A DNA stretch of 64,000 nt from the NCBI RefSeq assembly GCF_006345805.1, contig NC_043024.1:13268001-13332000 (forward strand), read 5' to 3'. Each line of letters begins with the position of its first letter. Within the stretch, counting starts at the first letter, position 1. The translations under genes and the position numbers were made by a program. The notes beneath the pieces are model-generated. The model worked only from the letters and a program-made list of their open reading frames with translations. It was not told where the DNA came from and did not search any database. Below are positions 16,216 to 29,812 of this stretch, piece by piece. The DNA is from Octopus sinensis (taxonomy: Eukaryota).

Positions 16216-17799
16216 GTCTGCCTATCTATCTATCTCGTAATATATACATACACAAGTATATACACGCATTTATATATACACTCATTTCTACACATGTATA
16301 TGTATATATATATAAATGAATATATGTATATACGTATATACGTTTCCTATCCTTCAGTCTATCGGCTTCCCTATCATTCTCTGTGCGTGGATATGTGTGT
16401 GTATGTATGTATCTATATAAATGCACATATACATATATATACATACATATACATACCCATATATATATATACATATATATACACATATATATGCATACAC
16501 ACATACCGTATATACATATATACACACATATATACATATGTTCACACATATATACATAAGTTCCCATACATATACATAAGTTCCCATACATATACACATA
16601 TATGTTTAAATATATGTATATATAAGGATATATATATGTACATATACGTAAATATACATATATAAATATATATATATATGTATATGTATATATGTATATG
16701 TATATATATGTATGAATGACAATGAATAATTTAATTTTATATTGTAATCAATAAAGTTTTATAATCAATAAAGTCCTGGCTTTTGTTTGCTTCACTTTGG
16801 TTTCTTGATTAACATTTAGTTATTGAAATTTTGGGAAAAAAAAAGTCTGACTGAAATCTCATTGTCTTCCACCGTACAAACAGGAGAGGCAGGAGAGAAG
16901 CCCTGACCTATTTCATTATTCCTGAGTGGAATGGTGCCAGTGGGCGTGAGAAAACCACACATTTATGGTATCATCGAAAAGCCAGCCACACACGGACGCA
17001 CTCACACACACACAAGCAAACTTGGACACTGATGAAGTTTGGCCGTTAACATAACCGGTACGCTGCCCTTTGGCAATCTCTACGTCTCGTAGGGTTTTGA
17101 ACCCTGACCATTCTAATCATTGAACTGTTTTCAGGAGATGTCGATTTAGTCCAAGAAGCATATATATATATGTGTGTATGCATATAACGATAACCTCTGC
17201 CGTCGATGACGACGTATAACCCTTCCCCTCGAGCCAAATCACCTGCAGAAATGATTTGTTTTCACTGAAGAAGCATGCTCATATATGTGATAGCCACAAG
17301 GGCCACAAAACGAAAAAGACGTATATACATTAAGTTTTCTGGGGCCCTGCTTTTGCACTTCCGCCAAAAAATTTTCTGTCGAAGAATCGACACCAATACC
17401 TGTAACCCACCCCCACCGTTTTTTATCCTGATACTTGTACGACTGGTTTCTTTCAGTTCGTCTCCCCATGGTGCTGCACAGTGGGACTGAACTTGTGATC
17501 ATGTGGTTGGTAAGCAGATCCTTACGACATAAAATCGATATTTACATATACTTGTGCGTGGGGGATGTAAATATACAATTTTATATGCTCACAAATATAC
17601 ACACACTCTACCTCACGCTTTTTCTTTCTTCAACTCGCTCTTTGTATCTATCTATCTAACTATATATATATATATATATAATACATCTGTGTGTATACAT
17701 CATACGTATCAATATTAATATTAGATGAAATAGATTGTGTGTGTATATAAATATACGTTATATATAAATATAAATAAACGTTATATATATATATATATA

Positions 17800-18106
17800 T
17801 TATATGTAGAAAAATACAAACTGGGACAAGAACGTAAAGCATTTAGAAGACGATACAAAAAACACGGACGGGACAATCGAAGCCCTCAATCTTCAGTCAA
17901 GAACCGGATCATCCTCACTGATTTCAGCTGATTAATCTTGATATCGCTCCGATCCGACCAGCCCCAAGGAAAAACTAAGCTACGAGCATTAGATTTCCTG
18001 GAAAAAGGATCGAATGTATACGAAACAAGGACAGAAAAACGGACGATGCCACACGAATATAAATACAAAAAACAATAATAGTAATAACAGGACAAAAAGA
18101 GCGGGT
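17800..18106. mobile_element. Unclassified ~300-bp insertion bounded by (TA)n on both sides
   Basis: Complex, CpG-containing sequence with sharp (TA)n boundaries; no ORF or motif recognised. Confidence 0.4.
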
Positions 18107-18682
18107 ATATATATATATATGTGTTGATGTTAGGAATTCGGTTACACAACCCATTGCATTCACAGTATCTTATGAACAAAGTCTTTGTTCAAATTTACAG
18201 TCATCGACGCATTGGTTCCCAGGAAAATGTCAGCCTGTCTTTTGTCCTCCCTAAAATTTCTCCTAGCAATCCCTGACCCGCTTTTACAACAAACTGGTTA
18301 TATAACTGACGAGGTTTCTCTGCCACCGATACTAACTGCATCCGGTATTCAGTTTGACATATATATTACAGATGACCCTTATCCTCCTATAGAAATAAAA
18401 GCCACGTTTCTCTCCAAAATCACGCATATAAATTTTGCTTTACCGATGCTAATAATTTCAGGATAAATTTCAATATAGATGCTCTTCATAAAAAAAATAA
18501 ATAAACGCCAGTCGAATACAGGACAGTTACATGGAATTAGATAGAATGTATAAAATAAAAGTAAATGCTATACATTCAACTGAACACTGAATCTGATGGC
18601 AGAAATAACTGTAAGCTAATGAAGTTACTTATATAATTTCTTATTTTCTTCCCGTAATTTTACTTTTTAATACGTAGATGCA

Positions 18683-18715
<33 letters not shown>

Positions 18716-18718
18716 TTT

Positions 18719-18749
<31 letters not shown>

Positions 18750-19284
18750 TTTTTTGTGTGTGTGTGTGTGTGCATGATAATGTTTGTAATAGTTTCCGTC
18801 ATTGTTCTGCGAGGAAGCGCGGGCATCGATTCAAAGACTTTAGTCGTAGACATTGCCCCAGCCCCCACCAACTCATATTCTTGTATTCTTAATCCTAATA
18901 CTATTGAATTCTATTCCTCGAGTTCTGATGCCTGCCGCAAATATACGGGGACGTAACCAAACCAATACCGGTTGTCATTTGCTAAGAGAGACACAGTTAG
19001 AAATGCACAACACGTCTACCAAATTATGTAAATATATGACGATCTTCTTCCAGTTTCCTCTCTCTGCCTTCTTAGTCTCTCTGGTTACATATCTGTCCAA
19101 CAATATTTTCTCATTTTTACAAACATACACACACACATATATATAAGTCGCTACTCTAGCATAGCAACAGTTGGGTAACTGAAACAGGTAAAAGAATAAA
19201 AGAATACATACACACGCTCGTAAAAACACACACAAACATATTCTTCCTTTGAGTAATCGATTTACACACTCTCTATTGGTCATT

Positions 19285-19463
19285 TCTTTTCCCCTGCTTT
19301 GAACTATTCCTTTACTCCTTTCCGACGAAAAGCTTTGCTCGAAACGTCAAAAACTCTTTTTTTACTGAGCGTCGGACTAACACTTTCCTTGTACTCATCC
19401 CCTTGTTGACTATTTTGTTAATTTTATTGTTTGTCTCTTTGAATTGATTGCTCATTTGAATTG

Positions 19464-19465
<2 letters not shown>
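19285..19465 (+). mobile_element. Penelope-like terminal fragment related to family H2, with hammerhead-like motif
   Basis: 19318-19352 CTTT CCGACGA AAAGC TTT GCTC GAAAC GTC AAAA, then CTGAGCG as in H2 copies; ends at (TA)n. Confidence 0.55.
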
Positions 19466-19511
<46 letters not shown>

Positions 19512-19518
<7 letters not shown>

Positions 19519-19700
19519 TATATTAAATTAGAGATAAAACCACTATTAAGCAAATCATACAATGAAAAACTTAAGCCAATACATAAGATTAATTAATTTA
19601 TATTATTTTAAATATATATCAAAAGTATTAAAAAAAGATAATGAGTATAACACTACGATCGTTTCATGGCTGTCCAATTCGTAAAAATTCGAGTTACAGA
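19512..19700 (-). mobile_element. (TA)n-flanked Penelope-like fragment retaining the 3' half of a hammerhead
   Basis: Minus strand GAAAC-GATC-GTA-GTG at 19651-19665 (palindromic loop); CUGANGA half absent. Confidence 0.45.
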
Positions 19701-20251
19701 CAATATATATATATATATATACAGGTGAACTTTTCTGAACACGCAGGTATATGCCTGTGTATGTGTACTGTAGGAGGGATCGTAACAGAATTTCAGAAAT
19801 ATTCTGATTATAAACAGCGGATCAACTATAGGTCACATTCGTTTGCCGCTTCAAGCTCTCCAAAACGTGAAAGTGACGCTTTCTACAAAAACTTCGAAAG
19901 ACACCGTCGCCCAAATATTTGTTACTATAACCGCTAAAATGAGGTCATCTGTGCGAACAATGCTGTCTGTAATTACGGTAATTCCTTGCGTCAAATGTTT
20001 AGACAGAATCATCAGCGTTCGATATATTATTTATTGATTTGTAACAGTTCTAGAATATTTCCTTATCCCTTGTTTTGTAGATATTTCTTTCTTTATTACT
20101 TTTTGCATAGTTTGTTTTATTTCTGCCTTCTAATTCAAGATCTGTCTCCCTTTATTGTTTTAATAATTTTTTTCACAAATAAAAGAATACAAACAACAAT
20201 TTACTTTAATTATAATTTTCATAATCTAAAACATAATGGTCGTACATACAT

Positions 20252-20288
<37 letters not shown>

Positions 20289-21264
20289 GGACGTATATAT
20301 GTATATACATATCTATGTCTATATAACAATATGCATGTATATGCATGTATATATACAAATATATATATATATATATATGGACGATTATATGTATATACAT
20401 ATCTATGCATATATAAGTATATATGCATGTATATACATGTATATATACAAATATATCTATATATATATATGTATATGCATATATACATATGTGTGCACAT
20501 AGAGATAGTTATAGATATACACATACATATATAGACACACACATATATATTTATTATAATACACACATGTATATTATACACGTATTTATGTATACATACA
20601 TATATATTGCTTATACATATAAGTATATGTACACACATATGCAAGTTGTATGTTGTATATGCATATACACGTATGTATTTATGCATATATGTGCGCATGA
20701 ATGCATGTATGTACATGTGTACGTACGCACATATATATATATATATGTTACCCTTGCAGTATTAACAATAATGACATGTTAATGTTCAAATTCTTTTCCC
20801 ATATTTTCTGGTTGTTGTTGATTTTATTGTTGATGGTGGGAAAAGTTGGTTGCGTGGGCGATTAATTTGTTATTTTTTTCTTTGGAACTTTTTTTATATT
20901 TCCTATATTTTTTCTTTCGATTTTTTTCCATGAATGACGACGTAATGTAGGGGGCTGCATCATAATATGTTGTACATGATGCGATACAATGTGAAATAGG
21001 TTTGTAATAAGGTTGACCCTGGAGGTCACGAATTTGTCGGGGCTTTTGTCTTTTTATGTTTTCAGTTCTTTTCCATTATTTTCTACTGTTGTTAAACTTA
21101 ATTAAAAACAAAATTATAAAAAAAACAGCATCACCAGCAAAAATAACAATAGCAATAATGATAAATAATTAAAAAAACAATAACAACAACAATAATAATA
21201 AGGATACTTTCTTGTGTATTAGAAAAACCAAATTCATTGAGTATAAAAGCGACAACAATTACAC

Positions 21265-21343
21265 TAATAATAATAATAATAATAATAATATTAATAATAA
21301 TAATAATATTAATAATAATAATAATATTAATAATAATAATAAT

Positions 21344-21388
<45 letters not shown>

Positions 21389-21403
21389 AATAATAATGAT
21401 AAT

Positions 21404-21434
<31 letters not shown>

Positions 21435-21472
21435 ATAATAATAATAATATTAATAATAATATTAATAATAAT

Positions 21473-21507
<35 letters not shown>

Positions 21508-21970
21508 TAATAATAATAGTGACAAGAAACTAACAGCAATGGCGGAATGGACGGAGAAAGAAAAGAGACAATGAAAAGAATAATGTTGTAGTTTGTTGTT
21601 GATGATGATGATGATTAGGAGGAGAAAGAGGAAGAGTAGGAGGATGGTGATGACGATGATGCATATGATGATGGCGGTGGTGGTTGTGGTGGTGGTGGTG
21701 GTGTTGGACGTGATGATAACGATAGTTCTGGTGATGGTAGTGGTGCTGGTGATAACCATGTTGTTGCTGCAATTGATGGTGATGAGAAGAATGAGGACGA
21801 TGGTGATGCTGCTGCAGCTAATGATGATGATGATGATGATGACTATGATGAGGATCACGATGATGAAAATGAATACGACGATGGCAATGATGGTAATGTT
21901 TATGGCGATGATGTCACTGGCGATGAGTTTGGTGGGGATGAGTTTGGTGGCGATGACGTTTGTGGCGAGG
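21265..21970. repeat. (TAA)n array followed by (GAT/GGT)n tract
   Basis: Direct inspection. Confidence 0.9.
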
Positions 21971-21974
21971 AAGT

Positions 21975-22120
21975 CACTGTCTCACGTTGAATCTCTCTGG
22001 GATTTAAGGGTAGACGTGTCTCTGGGGTACTCGACCATTTGCACGTTACTTTCACGAGCAGACTGTCCCGTTGATCGGATCAACTGGAACACTCACCGTG
22101 GTAAACCGACGGAGGATCAG
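21975..22120 (+). mobile_element. CORE-type SINE family D, 3' portion
   Basis: TTAAGGGTAGACGTGTC...GTTGATCGGATCAACTGGAAC...AACCGACGG matches the reverse complement of 52832-52925. Confidence 0.75.
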
Positions 22121-22359
22121 TAGTATAATCAGGTCATCTTCACCCCATAAAAACATTACAAAGCAAAGATTATGTGGTGTTTTGACCTGCTAGAAATAGC
22201 AGCTAAATTTCTGCAAATAATATTTTTCGCTGTGATTCAGATGGGAAGATAATATAGAACAAGGAGATTCTGTTTTGTATAAAACCGGACAAAAATCACC
22301 GAATTCGTCACAGAACGATTTTTGATTATCGGTCTGTTCTAACGGGATTTTATTCAACC

Positions 22360-22690
22360 GGCGTCGTCATCCTCATCATCACCATTACCAACATCGTTAT
22401 CATCACCCTTATCATCATCATCACCACTATCATCAGCGTCATCGCCCTCATCATCATCATCATCAATATTATCACCACCATCACCATCACCACTATCATC
22501 ATCATCATCACCCTCATCATTATCATCATCAACATTATCATTATCAAAATTATCATCATTATCACCATCACCACCATCATCATTAACATTATCATCGTTG
22601 TCGTCGTCATCAACCTCAACATCATCATCACCATCACAATCACCACGGTCGTCGTGTTCAGCATTAATAGCAGCAGCAACAACAACAACT
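22360..22690. repeat. (CAT/CAC)n trinucleotide microsatellite
   Basis: Direct inspection. Confidence 0.85.
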
Positions 22691-23505
22691 ACAAGACTTG
22701 CAACACTAACGTCGACCAAAACCTGCCACAGCACCCATTCAGCATCTACCATTCTCCAATGTGTCTATTGAACTTGATATAAAATAATTTCTTACATATT
22801 ACAATGAAGGCAAAAACAAAACGGTGGAAACAAGAAAGAAATAAAACAAAACACAATAACAAAAATATATTAATAGCAACAACAACAACAACAAAGGTAA
22901 CAGCGACAAAATTGCAACATCATAAACAACAAGAACCACAACAAAAGCAATAAAAAAATATCCTGAACAAAACCAACGTGAAAAACAACAACATAAACAA
23001 TAAAGCAAAAAAAAAGCTAATAAAACAACAACGTAGAAGAGTAACAAAAACAACAACAAAAATCAAAACAACACCAAACAACGCAATAACAACATGAACA
23101 GAAACAAGAGCAACTTCATCTTCCTCCTCCTCATCGTCATCATCAATAACAGGAAACGGTATCAAAATATTATCGATTATTGATACCATCAAGGTTTAAG
23201 TGGTGTATTTTCAATCTCACAATATTGTCTGCTTTATTGCTTTGTTTTTATTGTATGTTTGTCTGTTGTTGTTTTTTTCCTTTTACTTCCTCCTGTTCGG
23301 TTTCCTTAGTAACGCTATGAATATATGTATAATTATGTATCAATCAGCGTTTCTTACATCGACAGAGGGGCCAAAATGGTTTTGGCAGTGGAACGGAAGA
23401 GAAGATTATATCGACCCTGGTAGTGAACTGTTAATTTATTTTACTTTCTCCTGGAAGAATGCAAAGTAAGTCGACCTTGGCAGGACTTGAACACTGTACC
23501 TAAAG

Positions 23506-23639
23506 CAATAGTTCTCAAACGTTTAAATATCCGGGCCATATCCCAAAACTTGATTTTGGAGGGGGCAATAAATCAATTAAAGAAATATTTCTGGAAGGAG
23601 ACCGGATGCGGCCCAAAAAACCGCGGTTGAGGAACGCTG
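23506..23639. mobile_element. hAT (Charlie-like) MITE
   Basis: Imperfect TIRs CAATAGTTCTCAAAC / GGTTGAGGAACGCTG resembling CAGTGGTTCTCAAC; 8-bp flanks ACCTAAAG / ACCTGATG (6/8) consistent with a hAT TSD. Confidence 0.65.
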
Positions 23640-25156
23640 ACCTGATGCCATGTAAATGAATATAGCAAGGCAATTTGTCTGAACCCTTCTCACAATTTTT
23701 ACATCTGCTAACATTTCAGGATAAGTATAATAATAGGAATATATTAGAAGAGCAGAATGGAGTAAATGGAGCAAGAGTACACACGAAAAGGAAAAGTGTC
23801 GCTGAAGAGGTCACAGATGTGTGGTGAGAGATTTCCGGACAGTCGATATGAGTTAGAATAAGAACAGTAATAAATGAGTGAAGAACAAATATATTGTGCG
23901 TGTGTGTACTTGGCATAAAAAAGGAAAAATGACCCTCCCAAAATAACAACAATAATAATAGGAATAATTCGTATTATAATCAAACAGCGAAACATGTTGT
24001 GGAGGTTGTCGTTGGTTAAAATGACCCCAGGCCACTGAAAGGGAACGTTGAAGATGTTGCGGCTTAAACTCAGAACATAAGGGGTTGCAAGAAGCGATCA
24101 AGGGCCTTTCGTCCGACACTCTTAAAATTCTAAACAAAACCAGAATTTTGAATTGAGATTTTAATCAATAAAATTGACCCAAGGTCTCCATAGACAATCT
24201 CCATTTTTTTTTTCTTATCGATCCCTGGATAAAGAAATGCAAAATGCGTTCGACAGGATTTGATTTTATAACAGAAACTAAAAGCCAAATTGCCCGCTTC
24301 CCCACCCTGTCCCACAAATAAAGGCCCGGATACACAATTCGCAACTAATTTTCTGTATTTCTCTTCCACACCAAGTTCCATAATATGCAACAACCAGAGA
24401 GGGCGCTGTCGGCGGTGGGAGCTTCAATGAAACAGATTATGAGCAGCCACATAACATGTGTGGCAGTGTGCCAAACTTAAAAATCAATGTAATTATCATT
24501 TTCATTATGTATATTATTATTTTGCTGTTGTTATTATTGTTATTATTATTATTGTTGTTGTAGTTGTTTTCATTCTTTATATTATTGTTATTGTTACAAT
24601 TCTTGGATGCTTTATTTATTATTCATTTTTTGACCATTTTGTTCTTCAAGTCTTTTGTCTTTGATGTTAATTTTTGTGTGTAATCATTTTGCACTTCCGG
24701 TTGAAAAATATGGCTTCAAAGAGAACACAGGCACCGCATACAACCTCGTAAATATACATGCATACAGATATATGCATACGTATACATGTATATGTCTGTG
24801 TTTATGTAGGTGAGTATTACACGTATGTAGACATGCATGCATTCAGATATACGTACATATACACAGACTAAACGTACGAAGACATCATTTACACACACAC
24901 GCAAATACACACACATACCACCACCACCAACAGACATACATACATACATACATATACATACCGATGAGGCGTAGTATCAGTTTCAACGATATTGTTCTCT
25001 CAACAGCTCTGTGAAATAAAGACTCGCCAAAAGAACAGACATATTGGAAATCTGCTTCCGCTGACAGAAACCAAATTGCCAGCATCATTAAATCAGAAAT
25101 GCAACATGGAAACCTCCTGATATAAATGTATCATGTATATACATACATACATATAT

Positions 25157-25189
<33 letters not shown>

Positions 25190-25269
25190 TACACGCACAT
25201 ATGTATGAACTTACACACAACAACACACAGGTAAACATACATATGTGTATATGTATGTATGTATGTATA

Positions 25270-25336
25270 TTAACGTGCATGTGGCTGAGGACTCCACAAG
25301 CACGTCTACTCTTAACAATTTTCGGGAAGATTCAGT
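25270..25336 (-). mobile_element. SINE family D internal fragment
   Basis: TAACGTGCATGTGGCTGAGGACTCCACAAGCACGTCTACTCTTAA is the reverse complement of the 21985-22050 segment. Confidence 0.6.
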
Positions 25337-25391
25337 ATATATATATATATATATATTACAACCATCCAGCATTCTGAACATCTTTTTTCTG

Positions 25392-25458
<67 letters not shown>

Positions 25459-26754
25459 CATGCTGTGAAAATAAGGCTAGAATATTTAGAAGAATTTTCA
25501 GGCCGGTGGCTAGCATGCGGACTAAAGTTAATAGACAAAATATTTTCATATATAATAGTGTATAACCAATTTAAATATTTATACATTGACTGCCCTTTCT
25601 AGTATGTAAGGTGTCCTGTCAAAGATCACCTCTTTCGTGTATAAATACTTAGACTGTTTATATACTATTATATAGGATTTTATATGTATATATATGAGTG
25701 TGTGTGTGTGTATAGAAAAGTGTAGTGTACTCATTGCTGGCACTTCTAATTGTGAGATGTTGCGGTTTACGTCACCAAATCTCAAACGCAATATTAGTGA
25801 AGAATCAAGAAGCGGCCATAAAGTATATTGAGAAAAGGAAAAAAAGGTGGGATTTGATTGGATAAGTAAATATAAGATTGAATATGTAAATATACGATAG
25901 ATAAAAGAAAAATATTTTTATTGCTTGTATATAAAACAGCTAAATATCAAATGAATATATAAAGCTTATTCAATGATACATCGATTAATATTTGGCTTTT
26001 TATACTTAACTGTACATAAAATAAACAAACGCATAAACACACATACATTACAAAACACAAAATATATATACGTATATATATATACATATATATACGTATA
26101 TATATATACACACACACATATATATATATGTATATATGATAGTTGTGTTTATATCCAGCTATATATGAAATCAGTTCAACAATAAACTGGAGAATTGCTC
26201 AACGAATACTTATAAGACCTTTCATGGGAAAAGATTGATAGTGACTTCGAAGCTTCGTCTTGCTTATGATTACGCATAAAACCTGAGGCAGACCATATTT
26301 TCTTTCGCATGAGGATTCTTTAACGGGTTGCTCTTTCTCGTGGCAGTTGCTCGTGTTAAACTAATTCTTACGATGCCACAGACCGACCTTGACTTGAGAA
26401 ACCAAGTTCTATTATTCTTTATTACAGCAGATAATTGGACAATAACTGTGCAATGGCTTTTATTTTGGGAGTGCATACATCCCAGCGTTCCTATCTTCAT
26501 TGTAGAGAAGATAGATTCAGTTGGAAGGGTGACACAAGACCGATGATACTTCCTCTTATCAGCAGAAAGTGACAGGAATAAACTCAGTTTAAACTCAACT
26601 AAAACTGACCACAGAAATATGTTCTTCTTGCGGGATCTATTCCCGTAGAGCCTTGGACAAGGAAATCAAGGCTAGACGCTTATATTCCATTGCGAGGCTA
26701 ACCTGTGTATACAAACACTGAATGACGTGAAGTTGTGGGACCCCCGTTAACATA

Positions 26755-27321
26755 TTGAATCTCACTGATTTGCTGAATTGCATGGACCTGTAGAAATGCG
26801 TAAATGGTTTGGATCGCGGATATGTGCTGAACTGCATACGCCAGTTCAATGGAGTAGATAGGTTGAAATGCATAGACGCATTGGAATGCGTTGTGGTTAG
26901 AGCAGCGGATACGTGGTCGAGGGATCGCGGATTCGAATCTTAGACCGGGAAATGTGTGTCTTTATAAGCGAAACACCTAAAGTCCACGCGGCTCCGGCAG
27001 AAGATAATGGCGAACTTCTGCTGACTCTTTCACCACAACTTTCTCTCACTCTTTCCTCCTGCATCTTGCAGCTCACCTTCGACGGACCGGCGTCCCGTCC
27101 AGGTGGGGAACCTATACATCAAAGAAACTGGGAAACCGGCCCTTATGAGCCAGGTATGGCTCGAGAAGGAACAAACATTGGAATGCTTTAGATGTGTTGA
27201 TTCGCGCCGTGATGACGAATCGTTTACAATTGTTGAAACGCCTGATCTTGTTGAAGAGCAAAGACGTATGGAATCGCGTAGATGTGTTTAACTGCAAAGA
27301 CGTATTAAACCTCAAAGACAT
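26755..27321. repeat. Ancient 18-bp minisatellite (consensus ~TTGAAYTGCGTAGAYGTG), interrupted by a SINE
   Basis: About 15 in-register units across 26755-26889 and 27187-27321. Confidence 0.6.
26890..27175 (+). mobile_element. tRNA-derived SINE family C with 11-bp TSD
   Basis: TGGTTAGAGC A-box, GGATTCGAATC B-box, tail GACGGACCGGCGTCCCGTCCAGG...GGCTCGAGAAGGAACAAA; TSD CATTGGAATGC at 26879-26889 and 27176-27186. Confidence 0.8.
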
Positions 27322-27821
27322 AGAATCACATTTCCATGTTATGAGGCGTAAATATATAGAAATACGTATTTCTCTTGCATTCCAAACACGCGTGCAACTG
27401 CATGCATCCGAATTCTTGAGCATGCAGTGAAATCGCTTCTGAGTAGTCAGTATATTTCTATTTTAGTCACCATTTGTAAGCGAATGTTAGCTTTGGTTCC
27501 ATCGATTATCGTGTAGCACTGCGTATATTCGTGGCATTATAACGAACTAACAATCACTTCCGTTTAGTTTCGGAAACCTTCAGACTTGAACTAATGAGAT
27601 TAAAACTACAAATGGCAGAGTTCAAGACAAGACTGTTCTATCACGACAACAAGTCTATCAACATAAACAGATTCAATGAACGTGGGAGAAGATGAGGTGA
27701 GCCACCAGCGACAGCGTTCAATCTACAAACTTTACAACAACCAGAAAAGATATCTATCTACTTATGTATGTAACTATGTATGTATGTATGTATGTATGTA
27801 TCCTCATCTCTGAATATATAT

Positions 27822-27872
<51 letters not shown>

Positions 27873-27969
27873 TGTGTGTGTGTGTGTGTGTGTGTATACA
27901 AAATAAAATGAGACAACAAAGCCAAGGCTGTGTGGAAGAATTTTCAGGACATTTATAAAGAGAAAGTTA

Positions 27970-28017
27970 GTCTTACGGCTGTTTCTCGGATATTAGGGAT
28001 ATCCCTTCATCAGAGAC
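27970..28017 (-). ncRNA. Minimal type I hammerhead ribozyme motif (Penelope-associated type), in a family H1 element (~27900-28046)
   Basis: Minus strand GTCT CTGATGA AG GGATAT CCCTA ATATCC GA GAAA C AGCC GTA AGAC: intact CUGAUGA/GAAA/GUA core, stem I GTCT:AGAC, stem II GGATAT:ATATCC; homolog at 57803-57854. Confidence 0.75.
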
Positions 28018-28078
28018 GATATGAGATGGTTACATAGAGAAAAAGGAATGTATATATATATGAGAGAGAGAGAGAGTG

Positions 28079-28155
28079 AAGGCGCATGGCTCAGTGGCTG
28101 GAGCTTCAGGTTTACAATCACGAGATTGTAAGTTCGATTTCCAGACGGGCCGTGT
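28079..28155 (+). mobile_element. tRNA-like SINE head (solo)
   Basis: GGCGCATGGCTCAGTGG A-box, AGTTCGATTTCC B-box, then runs into (TG)n. Confidence 0.55.
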
Positions 28156-29812
28156 GTTTGTGCGTGTGTAAATATAAGCTTGTATGAATATAAATGGACT
28201 GATAACTTCTGTATATATATATATATATATATACAGATGTGCTGAGGACGATACTTCCAAACCCTGATAATAATATATATAAATATATATATATATGATT
28301 AAACAGATACGAAATATAATAGCGTTGATTTGCGTTAGCACGACTTCTGTTATTTAATAAAATCGATGAAGAGTGAACGAACCGATTACGAGTGGCGAAT
28401 TCCAGGCTTCTAACTGTGTCCTTTCTTAAGGAAAATTTGGAAGGAAAGAAATATTAGTTACAAGAGTTTTACGGAGGGAACGCCCTTGGCCCCAGGTCGC
28501 TCACTGCTTTAAAACTACCTTTTATCTTCTCACTCTGTACCACATTTCATTTCATTAAATATTTTCTTACATCGCGTCTTCCTTTCCCTTCAATCTCGCG
28601 TTTGCCTAATTAGAGTGGACAGCGACTTTAAACTTTCTGCCTACTTACCCGTCACTGTTGATGCAATCTAATCAGGCCAAACCTTCGAAGTCTCTGTCAA
28701 GATTTCTCTTAGAATATCACACACAAACACACACAAACACACACGTATATATATTTGTTGTCATAATGTTTACGGTTATTGGAGTGAGAACAAGCTGGGA
28801 TTTGGGGTATGATATCGCATCGATATTTATTTGACGAACCACTAGATTTCAAAAGAGAAATTCTAAACAGCATCAAGTGAAATTCTGTCATGTTTGATGT
28901 CTCACAGAATATGGTTCTGTTGTAGACATTTCAAATAAGGACGTCAGGTATTGTACATATAAATACACGTAAATATATGTATGTATATATATGCATTTAC
29001 ATATATGTGTGTCTGTGTGTGTGTGGGTGTGCGAGTATGTGTATTCCTTTACGTGTCTATATGTACATATACATGCAAATGTATATATGTATATATATTC
29101 ATACATGTGCATACATGCCCATGTCTTTCAGTATCGTTTTCACTCATATGGTTTTATGTATGTACGAATATATTACATGCTACGTACATAGTAATATACC
29201 CACCGTCGCTTTTTGCAGGCCTACATTTATATGCTAACCGTCGTGTATTTCGACATCAGCTGTCTTTGATCAGATGTATTTAAGCAGTCACCTCATTAGC
29301 TTCTCGGGACCTTGTTTACAGTGAGTAACAAGGACCGATTAACTAAATCGGACTTTCTTTAACGATTTCCGATTCTCATTACGCCAGTTGAACGAATCAA
29401 TATAATTGGCTAAATTGTCAAATGTGTGGAATAGCATGCTCTGTCTCATTAATCTAATCTGACACAGATTACTAATAATGTCATATAAATCTATTGAATT
29501 TGGTTGTAATTTTACTTTTACAAAGATACACACAGCCGTATGTAAATTGGCCAACGTCGCCCACAGTATTGTCGTCTTACATTCTACAACTAATACTTCT
29601 CATAACACATCCCTCAATCCTCAAATGATCTCGTTATGGCTGAGCCCTTTAGCTCTTCTTATATACCTGACTTCAACTCCCTCTCTAATTGTGTCGACTG
29701 GAATTTTCATAAAACCTCTAGGATCCTCTTTTTGTCGAAATGCGAGAATCCGAAATGTCAGGTTTATCTTCATATTGATATCATGAGGATATTTGCTACA
29801 TCATAAGGATAC

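Noticed and set aside
17027-17066. CTGATGA...ATAACCGGTA as a hammerhead
   Set aside because: GAAA missing and stems I/II do not pair convincingly.
18185-18466. 93-aa non-repetitive ORF
   Set aside because: No recognisable homology or splice/coding signal; length compatible with chance.
28079-28155. Possible tRNA gene
   Set aside because: No complete cloverleaf or acceptor stem; matches SINE heads.
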